This document shows positions 26,453-38,366 of a DNA stretch of 64,000 bases, one piece after another. Origin of the DNA: Phoronis australis (taxonomy: Eukaryota; Animalia; Phoronida); assembly GCA_002633005.1 (NCBI GenBank), contig NMRA01000236.1, positions 544,968-608,967 of the forward strand, read 5' to 3'. How positions within the stretch are numbered: the stretch's first letter is position 1; each line of letters begins with the position of its first letter. The translations under genes and the position numbers were made by a program. The notes under the pieces are model-generated. The model saw only the letters and a list, made by a program, of their open reading frames with translations. It did no database searches and was not told the DNA's origin.

Positions 26453-27975
26453 CATGTCCGAATGTTTAGTTGTACCCAACTAATCCCAACTTATCTCAAC
26501 TTATCCTGCCAACACTACTGATGCAAGTCTGTTGCTGACATCATGTTTGTTATCAGGTGGCGCAGCGATTAGTGGGAATACTTGAATTAGTGGAAATGCG
26601 TGATTGGTGTCTTTAACAATATCAGTTTGTGGATGACGTCATGTAAATTGTCTACCTGTCCACAGGTGGTGCAGCGATTAGTAGGAATAGTTGAATTAGT
26701 TGATTTTAGTTGAATCCAACTAATCCCAAGTCAGTCTCAACCTATCCAGCAGTGAGCTATTCAACTAATTCTACCAACTGTAGCGCCATCTTAAGTATTA
26801 CTAGCATTGTGAGAAAGAAAGACCTTAGTCGCGGACTTGCCTGCAGGTGGTGCAGCGATTAGTGGGAATAGTTGAATTGGTTGAAATGTATGTTTGGTGT
26901 CTCTCAAATTGAGCCTGTTGTTGACGTCATATACCTTATCTACCAGCCCACAGGTGGCGTATCTATTAGTGGGAATAGTTGAATTAGTTGAACTGCTTGT
27001 TCTGTGTCTCTCAAGATGTGAGCCTGATGAGCCTTTTGCTGGCGTCATGTACTTTGTATGCCCGCAGGTGGCGTAGCGATTAGTGGGAATAGTTAAATTA
27101 GTTGAAATGTGTGTTCCTGCTGTGTCTCTTAAGTTGTGATTCTGTTCATGACGTCATTTTTGTTATTAGCCTGTCCCCCCAGGTGGCGCAGCGATTAGTG
27201 GGAATAGTTGAATTAGTTGAAATGTTTGTTCTGTGTCTCCCAAGTTGTGAGCCTGTTGAGCTTTTTGCTCGCGTTATGCACTTTACTTGTCTACCTGCAT
27301 GTGTCGTAGCGATTAGTGGGAATAGTTGAATTAGTTGAAATGTGGGTTGTGTGCCTCTCAATTTGTGATCCTGTTGCTGACGTCATGTTTGTTACAGCCT
27401 GTCCCTGTAGGTGGCGCAGCTATTTGTGTGAATAATTGACTCAGTTGAAATTCATGTTTGGAGTCTCTAAAATTGTGACTCTGTTGATGACGTCATGTAC
27501 GTTATCTACCTGCCCACAGGTTGCGCAGCGATTAGTGGGAGTAATTGCCAGCTGAAATACATTTTCTTCTTGATCTACATAATTTCATTTACCCGTTATT
27601 TAGAGAATTCCCGCAAGTGGCGCAGCGATTATAGTGGGAACTGTTGAATTAGTTGAAATGCTTGTTCTGTGTCTCTCAAGTTGTGAGCCTGGTGAGCCTT
27701 GTGCTGGTGCCACGTACGTTATCTGTGTGCCTGCATGTGCCGCAGCGATTACTGGGAATAGTGAGAATACTTGAATTATTTGAACTGCGTTTTCTATTTG
27801 ATCTACCTAACCGTGTCTCTCAAGTTGTTAGCCGGTTGCTGACGCCATATAAAATCTTTACCAGCCCACAGATGGCGCCGTGATTAGTAGTTAAAGTTGA
27901 ATTAGTTGAAATGTGTGTCTTGTGTCTCTAAAGTTGATAACTTCTATCATACGTCTTTATCTGTGCGTACAGGTA
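26453..27975 (+). repeat. Element end plus array of about 12 diverged ~110-bp units (satellite-bearing non-autonomous element, copy 1)
   Basis: Core CAGGTGGCGCAGCGATTAGTGGGAATAGTTGAATTAGTTGAAAT at about 26554, 26663, 26844, 26951, 27065, 27180, 27298, 27408, 27517, 27614, 27734 and 27869; one inverted partial unit near 26755-26790; the left end CATGTCCGAATGTTTAGTTGTACCCAACTAATCCCAAC is shared with the copy ending at 55895. Confidence 0.9.
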
Positions 27976-28313
27976 GCTTGAAATATATGAATTTTCTGGG
28001 AACGTAACACTGACGTCTTACATATCATTTACCTGTGGATAAAGTCACTATTTAACCTTTCTTTGCACTAACATGCTTTAGCGCCTCCTATATCCAGTAT
28101 TTATAAGAGTAAGAGAAAAAAAGGAACATAGGGGGCGCTGCAATTAGTTAAACTACAGCTTCTATTAATCGATTAGTAGGTCCCTACCAAAGATTCTGAC
28201 GTCGGGCAAAGTAATCTCATATTCACGACAACTGCAGTCTTTTAAACAAAACAGGTTTATATGTTATTTTTATTTTAGTAACACGAAAACACTGACGAAA
28301 AAGGGTGTTCAAC

Positions 28314-28347
28314 ATGGCTGCTGTGGGGAAAACCCGCAAAATGCAGA
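28314..28347 (+). CDS. Sacsin-like gene, probable first coding exon
   Basis: AACATGG start context; MAAVGKTRKMQ+A|GTGAGT; phase 1 joins the 29100 exon in frame. Confidence 0.65.
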
Positions 28348-28507
28348 GTGAGTACAAATACATTCTTGTGATGGTAGCCTTCTTGTGTCGTTTTATTAAC
28401 TACGTCTCCTTTAGTGTCAACAAAATGCAGAGTGAGTACAAATACATTCTTGTGATGGTAGCCTTCTTGTGTCGTTTTATTAACTACGTCTCCTTTAGTG
28501 TCAACAA
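28337..28507. repeat. Exact 84-bp tandem duplication spanning the exon-1 donor
   Basis: 28337-28420 equals 28421-28504; no N at the junction. Confidence 0.95.
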
Positions 28508-29099
28508 TCAGTTACTGACTTTCAGAACTATCGACAAACGTCATTTGGATCTAGCAATGCGATCGCAAGCAACGTGTCAGTATGTACTATAGTTGTCTAT
28601 ATGTCAGCACCAATGGGCCATATGATAATATATCTCATTGACCAGCGTATCTCTGGATATATTGTCATCACGTTCAGCCTGCGCGTAAATGACGTGTACT
28701 GAAAGTTCCTGAACACTAACCTTTGAAAACACACCTTTTGTGTGCATGTATACATTAGCATGATATAGGGAACTGCTTTGATTCAAGTGTGCAGTTACCT
28801 GGTGGTTTATATTCTACAGTTATTTAAAACAAATGTGACAGATGGCGTACATGTAAATAGTCTTGTAAAGAAGACTTTCGAGATCAGTGACATGGTGATG
28901 ACGCAGTGGTAAAATAGTCACTTATGTAAACAAAATGATGTGTATTACTGCACAAAAAATTCTAAAACCATGTTACCATAACAGCAGCCTATATGAATGC
29001 GTGAACGGTCAACTGGAGAGCTACTGAATCCAAAATAACCTGTCCCGGTCATATAATAGTTTTGCTTTTGTTTAATTATGAAATTGCGTTTTACTTTAG

Positions 29100-29182
29100 A
29101 CTTCGACATCATACAACCGAGTTTGATACAACAGATGAAGTCAATTCTAGACCAGTATCCAGACGACGGGCAAATACTCAAG
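29100..29182 (+). CDS. Sacsin-like gene, exon 2
   Basis: ttactttAG|(N)FDIIQPSLIQQMKSILDQYPDDGQILK|GTAAAC, the segment that precedes ELIQNAEDA in sacsin repeat 1. Absent from the ORF track. Confidence 0.9.
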
Positions 29183-30683
29183 GTAAACAAATAGCTTTCC
29201 ATATTTTTTCTTGTCAACTGCAAAGGGGCAATACTGTCGGAATACACAAATCAATCTGCAGTAAAGGGGGCTGATCATCGTACGAAATAAAGTGCCAAGT
29301 TCGGTCGCTTTCCGACAGAAAACAGTGTCGGAACTAAGTTCGGAATATTTTACTATTTGGCAAATTTGGAAATGGATGTTGCCGCAAATATAATGCAAAG
29401 AAGTGACAATAACTTTTCCAAACTGGGTGCGGAGTTAAAGGAGAGTGCTATTGGTACTAACAACCTGAACAGGTATTTTTATGTTTTGTTAAGCTTTATC
29501 AACTGTTACCCCTTTGTTCCTTTAAATTGGCACATGTAATCAGATAGAACAAATACACAGGCAGTCTATATAAAGACCAGTAGATTATCAAAAATCAGTC
29601 TATACGTCAAAATTCAACACAACATCAGTTTTATACATGGATAGGTGTCCTAACAAAATTTAAATGTTTTTTGTGCACTCAATGACCCCTAATTTCACCG
29701 CTGAAGCTTTAGATCAAATTTGGTCATATTAGCCGTCTCGAAAACTGTATGTTTTCAGCAAAGAATATAAGTAACTTACAAACTAGACTGAAAGTTGTGC
29801 TTTGGTGATTGGAATCGTCAGTATATACTGTACATAATTATTTGGATTTATTCGAATTTGACAGCTTTGTGCTAGACAGAGGAGATAATCTACAGACCCT
29901 TTTTCCTAGCTAATTTTAGTGGCTGTGTTTGAGACCCTCTTACCGCCATATTGCACCTTGTACCTTTACATAACTTTTCAAACATACAGCTAAAGTGTTA
30001 ATATTGATGGGTGAGCAAAAACTTCGTTGAAAACACGACTAAACTTTGTTTGAAAGCTTGATACAGAGTTGGTGTCGAAATAATCTCCTTTCTTCAGATG
30101 TGCTGCTATGTAGCAAAACACCGAGAGACATAACAAAAAACAAATTAAAACACTAGCTTTATTTCGGGACTGCATGTCTCATCATCAGGCAATAAGTGGA
30201 ATGAACATCTATATAGCGAAAGAAACAGTGAAATACACGTGACAGTGGGAAGAGAGGCATACAAGCAGAAAGTGTGAATGCAACGCACGGTAGGAAGCCC
30301 GCAACCCTATCGAAACAGAGCCAGTGTGCGATACACACGTGTTAGCTACTCATTCAACACAGGCTTTTCGTGACTGATCCATAGCGATTCCAAAATCTTT
30401 CACCGAAATGTGTCATTTTCAACATAGAGAATGATGGTTTTGTCTACTTTTGCTTGCCTAGTTTTTTTATCGGTCATGTTAGTGTACAAAATGATCTTAA
30501 ATGGACCCCCCACCCCTGCAAGTGCATGGACAATCGTCGCGACATTAAACACACCGTGTGTCAGATGTAACGCTATTCACGAGAATGAGCACGAGGACAT
30601 TCGTTCCATATGACATGTGAATTGGTAAACAATTCGACATTTGGCCACTGGTCGTAGTCTATCACGACTGGGGGGTGGAGACT

Positions 30684-30988
30684 AAAATTTGTAGCACCCT
30701 ACCGGGGACAAAATTACAATGAGTTTTGACAGAGTTGAAGATTTTTTTGCATTGAACAGAGGGTCATAGCTCCCTTGGGTGCCCCCCACCCCCCGTGTCA
30801 CGTCCATGGAAACAAACAGCGATGCCATCAATCATNAAAATTTGTAGCACCCTACCGGGGACAAAATTACAATGAGTTTTGACAGAGTTGAAGATTTTTT
30901 TTGCATTGAACAGAGGGTCATAGCTCCCTTTGGTGCCCCCCACCCCCGTGTCACGTCCATGGAAACAAACAGCGATGCCATCAATCAT
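30684..30988. other. 152-bp duplication around a single N (contig-overlap artefact)
   Basis: 30684-30835 and 30837-30988 differ only in homopolymer lengths and a SNP; N at 30836. Confidence 0.85.
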
Positions 30989-30989
30989 G

Positions 30990-32320
30990 TAGACGAAGCA
31001 GTTTTTGCAGCTACAACACGACTTTAATAAACTCAGCTATTGGTCACAATAATGGAGAATGAATTTTAAACCAGAAACAAGTGTTGACCTCACCTTCTCC
31101 AAACCTAATAATTCTCTCTTCTTTGAGGACCCATCCTAGAACCTTAAACTTAATGATGAATTCATTCCTAGGAAACTGTAGCACGGACATCATGGTATGC
31201 TGTTATATGAAAAACTCGTTCACACCTCACGTTCGGGAGCTTGTACAAAAAAATTCAGAAACTAATTATTCCACTTAAGCTTGTCGCTCATCATCTGAAT
31301 TCTACACATTTAGAAGTAATGCTCAAATCCTTTATACTTCCACACATCGATTATGTATCAGTCTGCCAACACTGGTGCACTCAAGCATTTGAAGAAGTAT
31401 CAAGCTGCCTTACTCATAACTGGAGCTTACAGGGGATCCAATAGTGTCAAGGCTTTGAATAGTCTCAAGTGGCCCAAATTGTCTACTCGACGCAATTTTC
31501 ACATGACCACATTTACTTTCGAAGTACTAAACAATGTCAACAATGCCTTTGTCAAAAATTGTTTGGTCTATATACTAGACAAGGCCATTGAGTTTGAGAT
31601 TTTCCACCCCATATGCAATTCCTCCATCGTTCGGTCAGACATTCAGAAGGTCTACAGTTATGATGTGCATCAGCAACTGGAATTCTCTTCCAGTCTCTGT
31701 TCAGGAAAGCAACTCTTTTACTAGTATAAAAAGCGATTTTAGAACTATTTTTCATAATTTTGACAACTCAGTAGCATTGACACAATTCTCGCTTCCCCGC
31801 GAAAACTAAATAACATTGTACCGATCGAGATGCGGTCTTTTCCTCAACTCCGACAAGTTTAGGCACAACTTTATTAGTAATGTCTCTCCAAGCTGTAAAT
31901 GTGGCGACCATCAATCTTATCCTCATGTTTCCTTCAAATGTGCCCTCATCGAATACTCAATGAAAACCAATTAATTGTAAATGCTTTCAATTCCTGTAAT
32001 ACTATCTCTACTAAATTACATTATTATTAAATGGTAGTCTGAAGTTTGACCTTTCACTCAATGAATTCCTCTTAAACAATGTAAGTAATTTTTATTCATC
32101 GCTTATAAATCTTGTTGCTTTCCATATCTGTATATGGTTATGTTCGTAATAGCATATCCAAATATTTGAATACTTATAATAGATACTACTTATATGTATA
32201 TAGTTCTATGTATACTTCTTTCATCTATGTACTGTCTACAACCCAGATATAATGCTTCGCGATTTCTGGTTTTGTCATTATTTTCCGTGTATGTTCTGTG
32301 TATTCTTCAATAAATATATA
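30990..32320 (+). mobile_element. 5'-truncated, degraded CR1/L2-group LINE (RT C-terminal part and 3' UTR) in sacsin intron 2
   Basis: Fragments LQHDFNKLSYWSQ*WRMNFKPE, MLKSFILPHIDY, AALLITGAYRGS..LKWPKLSTRR, WNSLPVSV and SPSCKCG; AATAAA at about 32309. Confidence 0.85.
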
Positions 32321-32761
32321 TCACCTTGAAAAAATATAGACGAAGTACGCACGCCAGTCATAATTTATGAACATAATTTATAATAAGCAATAATTATAAG
32401 TATGGTTTTCAAGGAATGGTAATTAGTAATGCTGTCTGCTTTTCCTCTAATAAACAAGCTCTTCACTTCGTGTTTTTACAAGCTAATTACATGTTCATTT
32501 TCAAAAAGAATAGGAATGTTTAGCATGATGTCATTTTGACGTTATTATGACGTTTTGGACCCAGCGTGACGGCATGTTTATTCTTAGTTCCGGGTCCAAA
32601 TTGCGTCATCTACTGCCGTGACACGTCATCACTAAACATCCGAATTGCACGTGTCCCCCTTTTCCTTCTTCTTGGGAGCCAGAAATACGTGATATTTCTA
32701 GTTTGATAACTACAGCAGCGAAACCATTCTATGAATGAGTTGTTTGTGTCGTATGTTACAG

Positions 32762-32878
32762 GAACTGATTCAGAACGCTGAAGATGCAAAGGCAAAGACC
32801 ATTAAGTTTCTGTTTGACAAGTCCACATTCCCAGCTTCTCCAGAACAAATGGAACATAAGGATTTGGTGCATTTTCAG
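32762..32878 (+). CDS. Sacsin-like gene, exon 3 (GHKL ATPase N-box)
   Basis: ttacAG|ELIQNAEDAKAKTIKFLFDKSTFPASPEQMEHKDLVHFQ|GT; 117 nt, phases 0/0. Confidence 0.92.
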
Positions 32879-33432
32879 GTACAGTTCAATAAGAAATTTG
32901 ATGGTTTTTATAACACGTTTCGGACATGACAAGTTTCTGGTACAGCGTAATAGCAAGGCATAAAGTTTGGTAAGGGCCTCTCGAGTAGTCTAATGACACG
33001 GTGACTGGAAGTAGCGGTGTATTAATTGGAGTTAGTAAAACGACCAGTTTCGATACGTACGTCCTTCCTTTGGTTGCTGTAAATGTCAGTCGATGCCATT
33101 GAAGCACGAAATTTTGATTAATGCATTAGAAACGGAGCAACGCATAACAATGAAATGGGCAGTTTCTAGTATGATGCATAATTTCATTTTGGCTACAAAC
33201 CATCGCTTCAGGTGACAACCTTTCAAGGCACTATTGACACTTATTGAATACTATTCACGAAATTTCTAAGCAACTAGATGGATGGAAAACAAAAATTTCC
33301 AGTTAAGGTGCCTTGAACATGTTTCATAATTTGCTCTTAGGGATGTACACATAATTGTTGCATCATGCATAATAGCCGCTGAATACTCACTCACCGTTAT
33401 ACCTATTGAAATGACGTCATATTGTGTAATAG

Positions 33433-33580
33433 GGCCCTGCTCTGTACGCTTTCAACGACGCAACATTTAGCGAAGAAGACTGGATAGGTATACGCACTAT
33501 CTATGACAGCTTCAAGAAAGATGATCCTATCAAAGTTGGACGATTTGGCCTAGGCTTCAAATCTGTGTTCCATATGACAG
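33433..33580 (+). CDS. Sacsin-like gene, exon 4 (GHKL G-boxes)
   Basis: aatAG|[49 protein letters not shown]+G|GTAAAT; 148 nt. Absent from the ORF track. Confidence 0.92.
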
Positions 33581-34339
33581 GTAAATATAAAGTAATGCTA
33601 TGCTGCGATTTGGCCTAGGAGTCAAATCTGTCTTTCACATGACAGGTAAGTAAAAAAGGACTCGCTGTCAGAAGGAAGGCATCTATAGCAAAAACATGCA
33701 TTGTTCAAGGATCAATTGATTTTGCTCCAGCTGTAGTACCATAAAAGCAAATGTTAGTCTGTCGTTTTAATACTCAGTGTTTGATGTTAGTTTATTGCTT
33801 ATTTTGACATTATTCGGCATTGGTGTGTGAATGTGTCTAAATTTATTATACATGTTGATTTATTTATTGTAATATTTAAAATCAGGGTGTCATCTACAGT
33901 GTCAGCGCTGCTTTCCAAGATGGCCTTAAATAGCTAGCTTATACAAAACACTCCATGAGAATAGCCTTTACACACCTTGCTTTAAGCCTAGGCTGGGCCA
34001 GCTGCTTTACCCCATCCAAGCATTAAGTCAAGCCTATTCATAAAGACACGCCAGAGTTAACCGAGTTATTAAATGCTCGAAAAAAGCAGTGCATCTGTAA
34101 TGATTACCGCCAGATTAGGTTTATTGCATTGGAAACACGAAGGGTGTCGTAATGCACTGTCTGCAGGTGATCAGGGTGAGTGGGGAGTATTTTGTTAACG
34201 CAACTTTCAAGTCATGATCAACATACAGCTGTGTGGGCGCATTATGACGTCATTCAGCACGTCCAGTGTTTGGTGTCCGGGGTTCGCTGCTCTATCTCTG
34301 AAATTGTAGATGGAGGAGTGTGAGCATATTTTGGGACAG

Positions 34340-37285
34340 ATCCAATTATCACTGTTGCCCCGAGTAACAGTCTTACTTTTTCGATTTTCGCTGTATCTTT
34401 TGAGTTCCTTGACGGATTTTCAAGAAATTTGGAAATCTATTAAGGAGACGACACCACCTTCCCGTTTTTGGATTCATTTGGCGTATTGTGTGCCACCTAG
34501 TGGTCATTTTTACTTTTGTCAACGTTCACCTCTATCGGCGAAACTACTTTAAGAATCATTATAAAAATTGGCAAGTGCATTTCTATGAACGTGGCCGTGG
34601 ATGGGGACGACATTCGGACTGCTCTGTCTATCGTAGTGTAGAAATTTTAATTCTTTTAAGTTTTTCTTGTTACCTCCAATTCTTTGACACAAGTTGCCGT
34701 AAAGGAGAGAATTGGGGGATCGTGACGCCAATAATCACAAAAGTCTTCACACTGAACAAAAAAATTCACCTGCTTGCCTTAATGAATTTTGAAGTCCACG
34801 TTCACGCATACGCTACCTTGAAATTAAGCAAGATTCCAAAATCACGCAACGCATGCTTCCCTATCCTTTAAACTGTTTAACATTCATGATAAAAGGTGCT
34901 AAATGTGTCTCCTTTTTAGGAGAACATTGTTGGCTTGCATTTCACTCCGTTTAAAGGTTATTTTAACTTCACGAGAATTGCCCCATTTATTGGGAATGTT
35001 TAAAACTCCTACAATGGGAGTGAGTTCATAGCAGAGCTCCGCGTTGCTCCTGTGACGCATGTACTTGCTATTTTATTGGGTGAATGTTTACAGTATCTAA
35101 ATAATGCCTGACGATGCGCACTAAATCTCGTTTGTTAAGCAAGTCTATTGGATTTGAAGTGTTTAAGCTTAAAACTAGAGGTCTGTTATGTATTATAAAT
35201 GTAGGTGTACTTCTAATAAGGCAATCTTTGTTGGTGAAAATCGTAGATAACAATTATCTGCGGAACAGGTGCTGTCTAGAAATGACCCGATGGCATTATA
35301 TGTGGGCAGGGCCATGTATCAAATTCACTATATTTGCAACTTCAATACATATGTTCAATTACAACAAACTATAACTACAAATCGATATCTTAAATTAATC
35401 TTAATGTTCTGTAAATACTGCAACTTTTATTGAGAAGTGAATAATGTGCAAATATGGGCTGATACCGAGGGTATTATCAGGTCATGTGGAGCGAGGGAAA
35501 GTAGTGACACTCTTCCGATGTCCATATAGCCTGATAAGATGGAGGGATCGATCATTGATGATTTTTCTTTTGGGTTCTTATTAGATTAGTATGCTTTGAT
35601 GAATTATTACGGAATTCTAATTTCGTAGCCTGCAATTGGTCAGATCACGAATAGTAAAATCGGACTTACGAATGAAATTTGGTTAACATCACCTTAGAAA
35701 GCAGGTAAGGCCAGTAGTTGTATGATAATCAAACACCAGCTATTACTGCCCTTGCGACGCGTGCAATAAATCGGACAGATATGTTGGTAGATCTATACCG
35801 AATGACGTGCCTCTATAAGTAATAAGCCCTTAACATGTCCTTGTTCTTCAAGCTGAAATGAATATAGTAGTGATTTTCATGCATCCGTATTTATATGTGG
35901 GTGCATATTATCGTCATCTTTGTCTGGTCGTCCAGCATCCGCTGCTGTATCTCCTAAACCCCTTGCAGGGTATTAACGAGATTTGCAGATGTATGTCTAC
36001 GAACCTTATTAGAGCAGACGACCAATTCGACTACCGCTCTGTCCTCTTGTGGTAGTTTTAGTTTTTATGTTTGTCTCTGTATCTTTGGAGTTCCTTGAAG
36101 GATTTTTATGCAATTTAGTGACTGGATTTCTACTACATTTTGGGCGGGTTTGACCTATTGCGCCAACTGTTGGCCGTTTTGAAAGTGTTGAGTACGTCGG
36201 CCGTTCTGTCCGCCGAGGGGTCATTATGAGAATTGGTGGATGCATCCTTGATTAGAAGACCGAGGCTTCGGCGGAGTTTCAGATACGTACATGGATCTCC
36301 TTAATCCTTTGGGGGATCTTATTTAAATTTAGCAGGTTTGTTCCTATGAAGCTGACAACTGATGACGACGAGTTTCGGATTTGATATCAGATGTGCCCCC
36401 CCAAGTTGCAATATCATTTTTTTACGTTAGTCTCTGTATCTTTAGAGTTCCTTGATGGATTTCCATGAAATTTGGGAAACAGATTTCTATTAAAGAGACG
36501 ACGACTCTTCTCTTCAACATTTTGGGCTGATTTGACGTATGCTGCGCCACCCACCTAGTGGCCGTTTTCATTATTTTCAAGTCCATTTTGGCGCTCACCT
36601 CCTTTTCTGCTAAACTGTTCTGAAGATCATTATGAAAATCAGCATCTGTTCCTGCTGGGAAGACTACGACTGACCTGGATTCTTGGACGAGCTGAATCAC
36701 TGAAGCGCCAATACAATCCTCTTCTTCTGGATAGTTTGTTTTTTACGTCCTCTATTATGATATTATATCTAACCACTTTTAAGCTAGTCGTGAAATGCAA
36801 GTGTTTTTCTACTAAGGTGATGACAGGTGACAATAACTTTTGGACGTATCCGACTAACACCGTGCTTACTCTTATATCTTTTTTAAAAATGCCTTTCTCG
36901 ATACTTTGGAAATAGGTTTCGATTGAAGAATCAACGAGGTTTTCCCGTTTGGGAATTGATTCGACTTATTCTGCGCCACTTAGTGTCCATTTTCATTATT
37001 TGAGGTTGTGGTGAAAATTAGCGCTTGTATTACGTTAAAGAAGACTATGTCTGGCGTTGATTTTTGGAAGGATCTGACTGAACTGTTGTGACATTTTTTC
37101 CGATCTCTAGATGTGTTCCTATTATAAGAGCATTGCTGACTTGCAATTAACCCCCTTGAGGCAACTAGTTTACTAGTATTGTCTCTTTAGTCGGAATGTT
37201 TAAAATATTAATCATCCCTTCGTTTTACTATATATACGATATACCCGATGGGCGGATGTCAAGGCTCATCGCTGCTCTTGTTCTT
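34340..37285. mobile_element. Cluster of Helentron/HINE-like non-autonomous elements with ~150-bp internal repeats (sacsin intron 4)
   Basis: Diverged unit CTGTATCTTTxGAGTTCCTTGAxGGATTT...GCGCCACCTAGTGG at about 34390, 36077, 36435 and 36900; HINE-like ends TTATTAGAGCAG... (about 36007) and ...GCTCTTGTT (about 37282). Superfamily is inferred. Confidence 0.5.
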
Positions 37286-38366
37286 GTATCTGTTATCTTA
37301 CGCATTCCCAGTTTTGGTCAATACCTAACCATTCTGCCGTAGCTCAGATCTTCAGCGAAGCTCGAAGCTAGCCGCAACATTTGATGCACAAGGCCCAAAA
37401 CGTCATAAAAATCTCAAAAAGCTGCCGTGCACTATCGCAAAGATAGGGACACAGTGAAATATCAAATTTTCCCATTTTTACTCTTCAGTATTTTTGATAT
37501 TTATACAACCTTATTTTCATCCGATGAGCCTATTCTATAATTTCTAAAACATCTTTGAGTTTCTCGTTTAGCATTCAAACATTTCTGTCTAACTTAGTGT
37601 TTTCTATGTTTAGCTAAACTCGAGTTACGCCACATGCGTACAGTTTAATTCCAGTCAAACGGTTTACTTAATCCTGGATATTTCGCGTGCAAACGTACTA
37701 GTCACTACCTGTTTTTACTTATTGTGTAATTTATTATTGTAATGCAAGAAAACCTTTATCATTGCATTGTGAGTTGCAACAGTGACCAGTGCTGGATATG
37801 CAATCCGTTGTTCTTTCCATGTTAATCAACTACAGGGTGCCTCCAGTCACATTTTGAAAAGTAGGTCAGTCATATTATGAAATTCCAAACTCATTAGGGA
37901 GCACATACTCTACAACCCTAATCCCATTGTATCTTTCTCGAGTAAACCTTGCGTTCACTCTACTAATATGCAATCCAATAAATCTGTGTAAATTCGAGTG
38001 GCTCAACTCTTGCTGATCACAATCGCTATAACTTCAGAAACTCGAGGCGTCATCATACCACTGCCACAAATGTGTTCCATATAAAAAAGATAGTCTCCAG
38101 GAAAACGGTCATCATCAATAACAAAAATCATTCATGCGTGGCATGAGCGTATTAAAATCATTGCATTTGATAATATCTCATTTAATATAAAGTCTATGCA
38201 TGATTCTCAAGTTTCCATTTCCATGAGGGAACGTGCAAAATAGCTTTCGTCTCTATTTTGAACATGACTCCACTGAATATTTTAACTAACTCTGATTTTG
38301 TGTTACTTTCTAAATTCTTCGATGGCGACTAAACTGGCTTTCCACGCATCTCTTTTCCCTTTACAG

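Noticed and set aside
26550-27975. CRISPR-like array (conserved core with variable spacers)
   Set aside because: The spacers are homologous to one another, the cores are degenerate, there are no cas genes and the context is eukaryotic; it is a diverged tandem repeat.
30684-30988. Tandem duplication as a biological event
   Set aside because: Centred on a single N with homopolymer-type differences; an assembly artefact.
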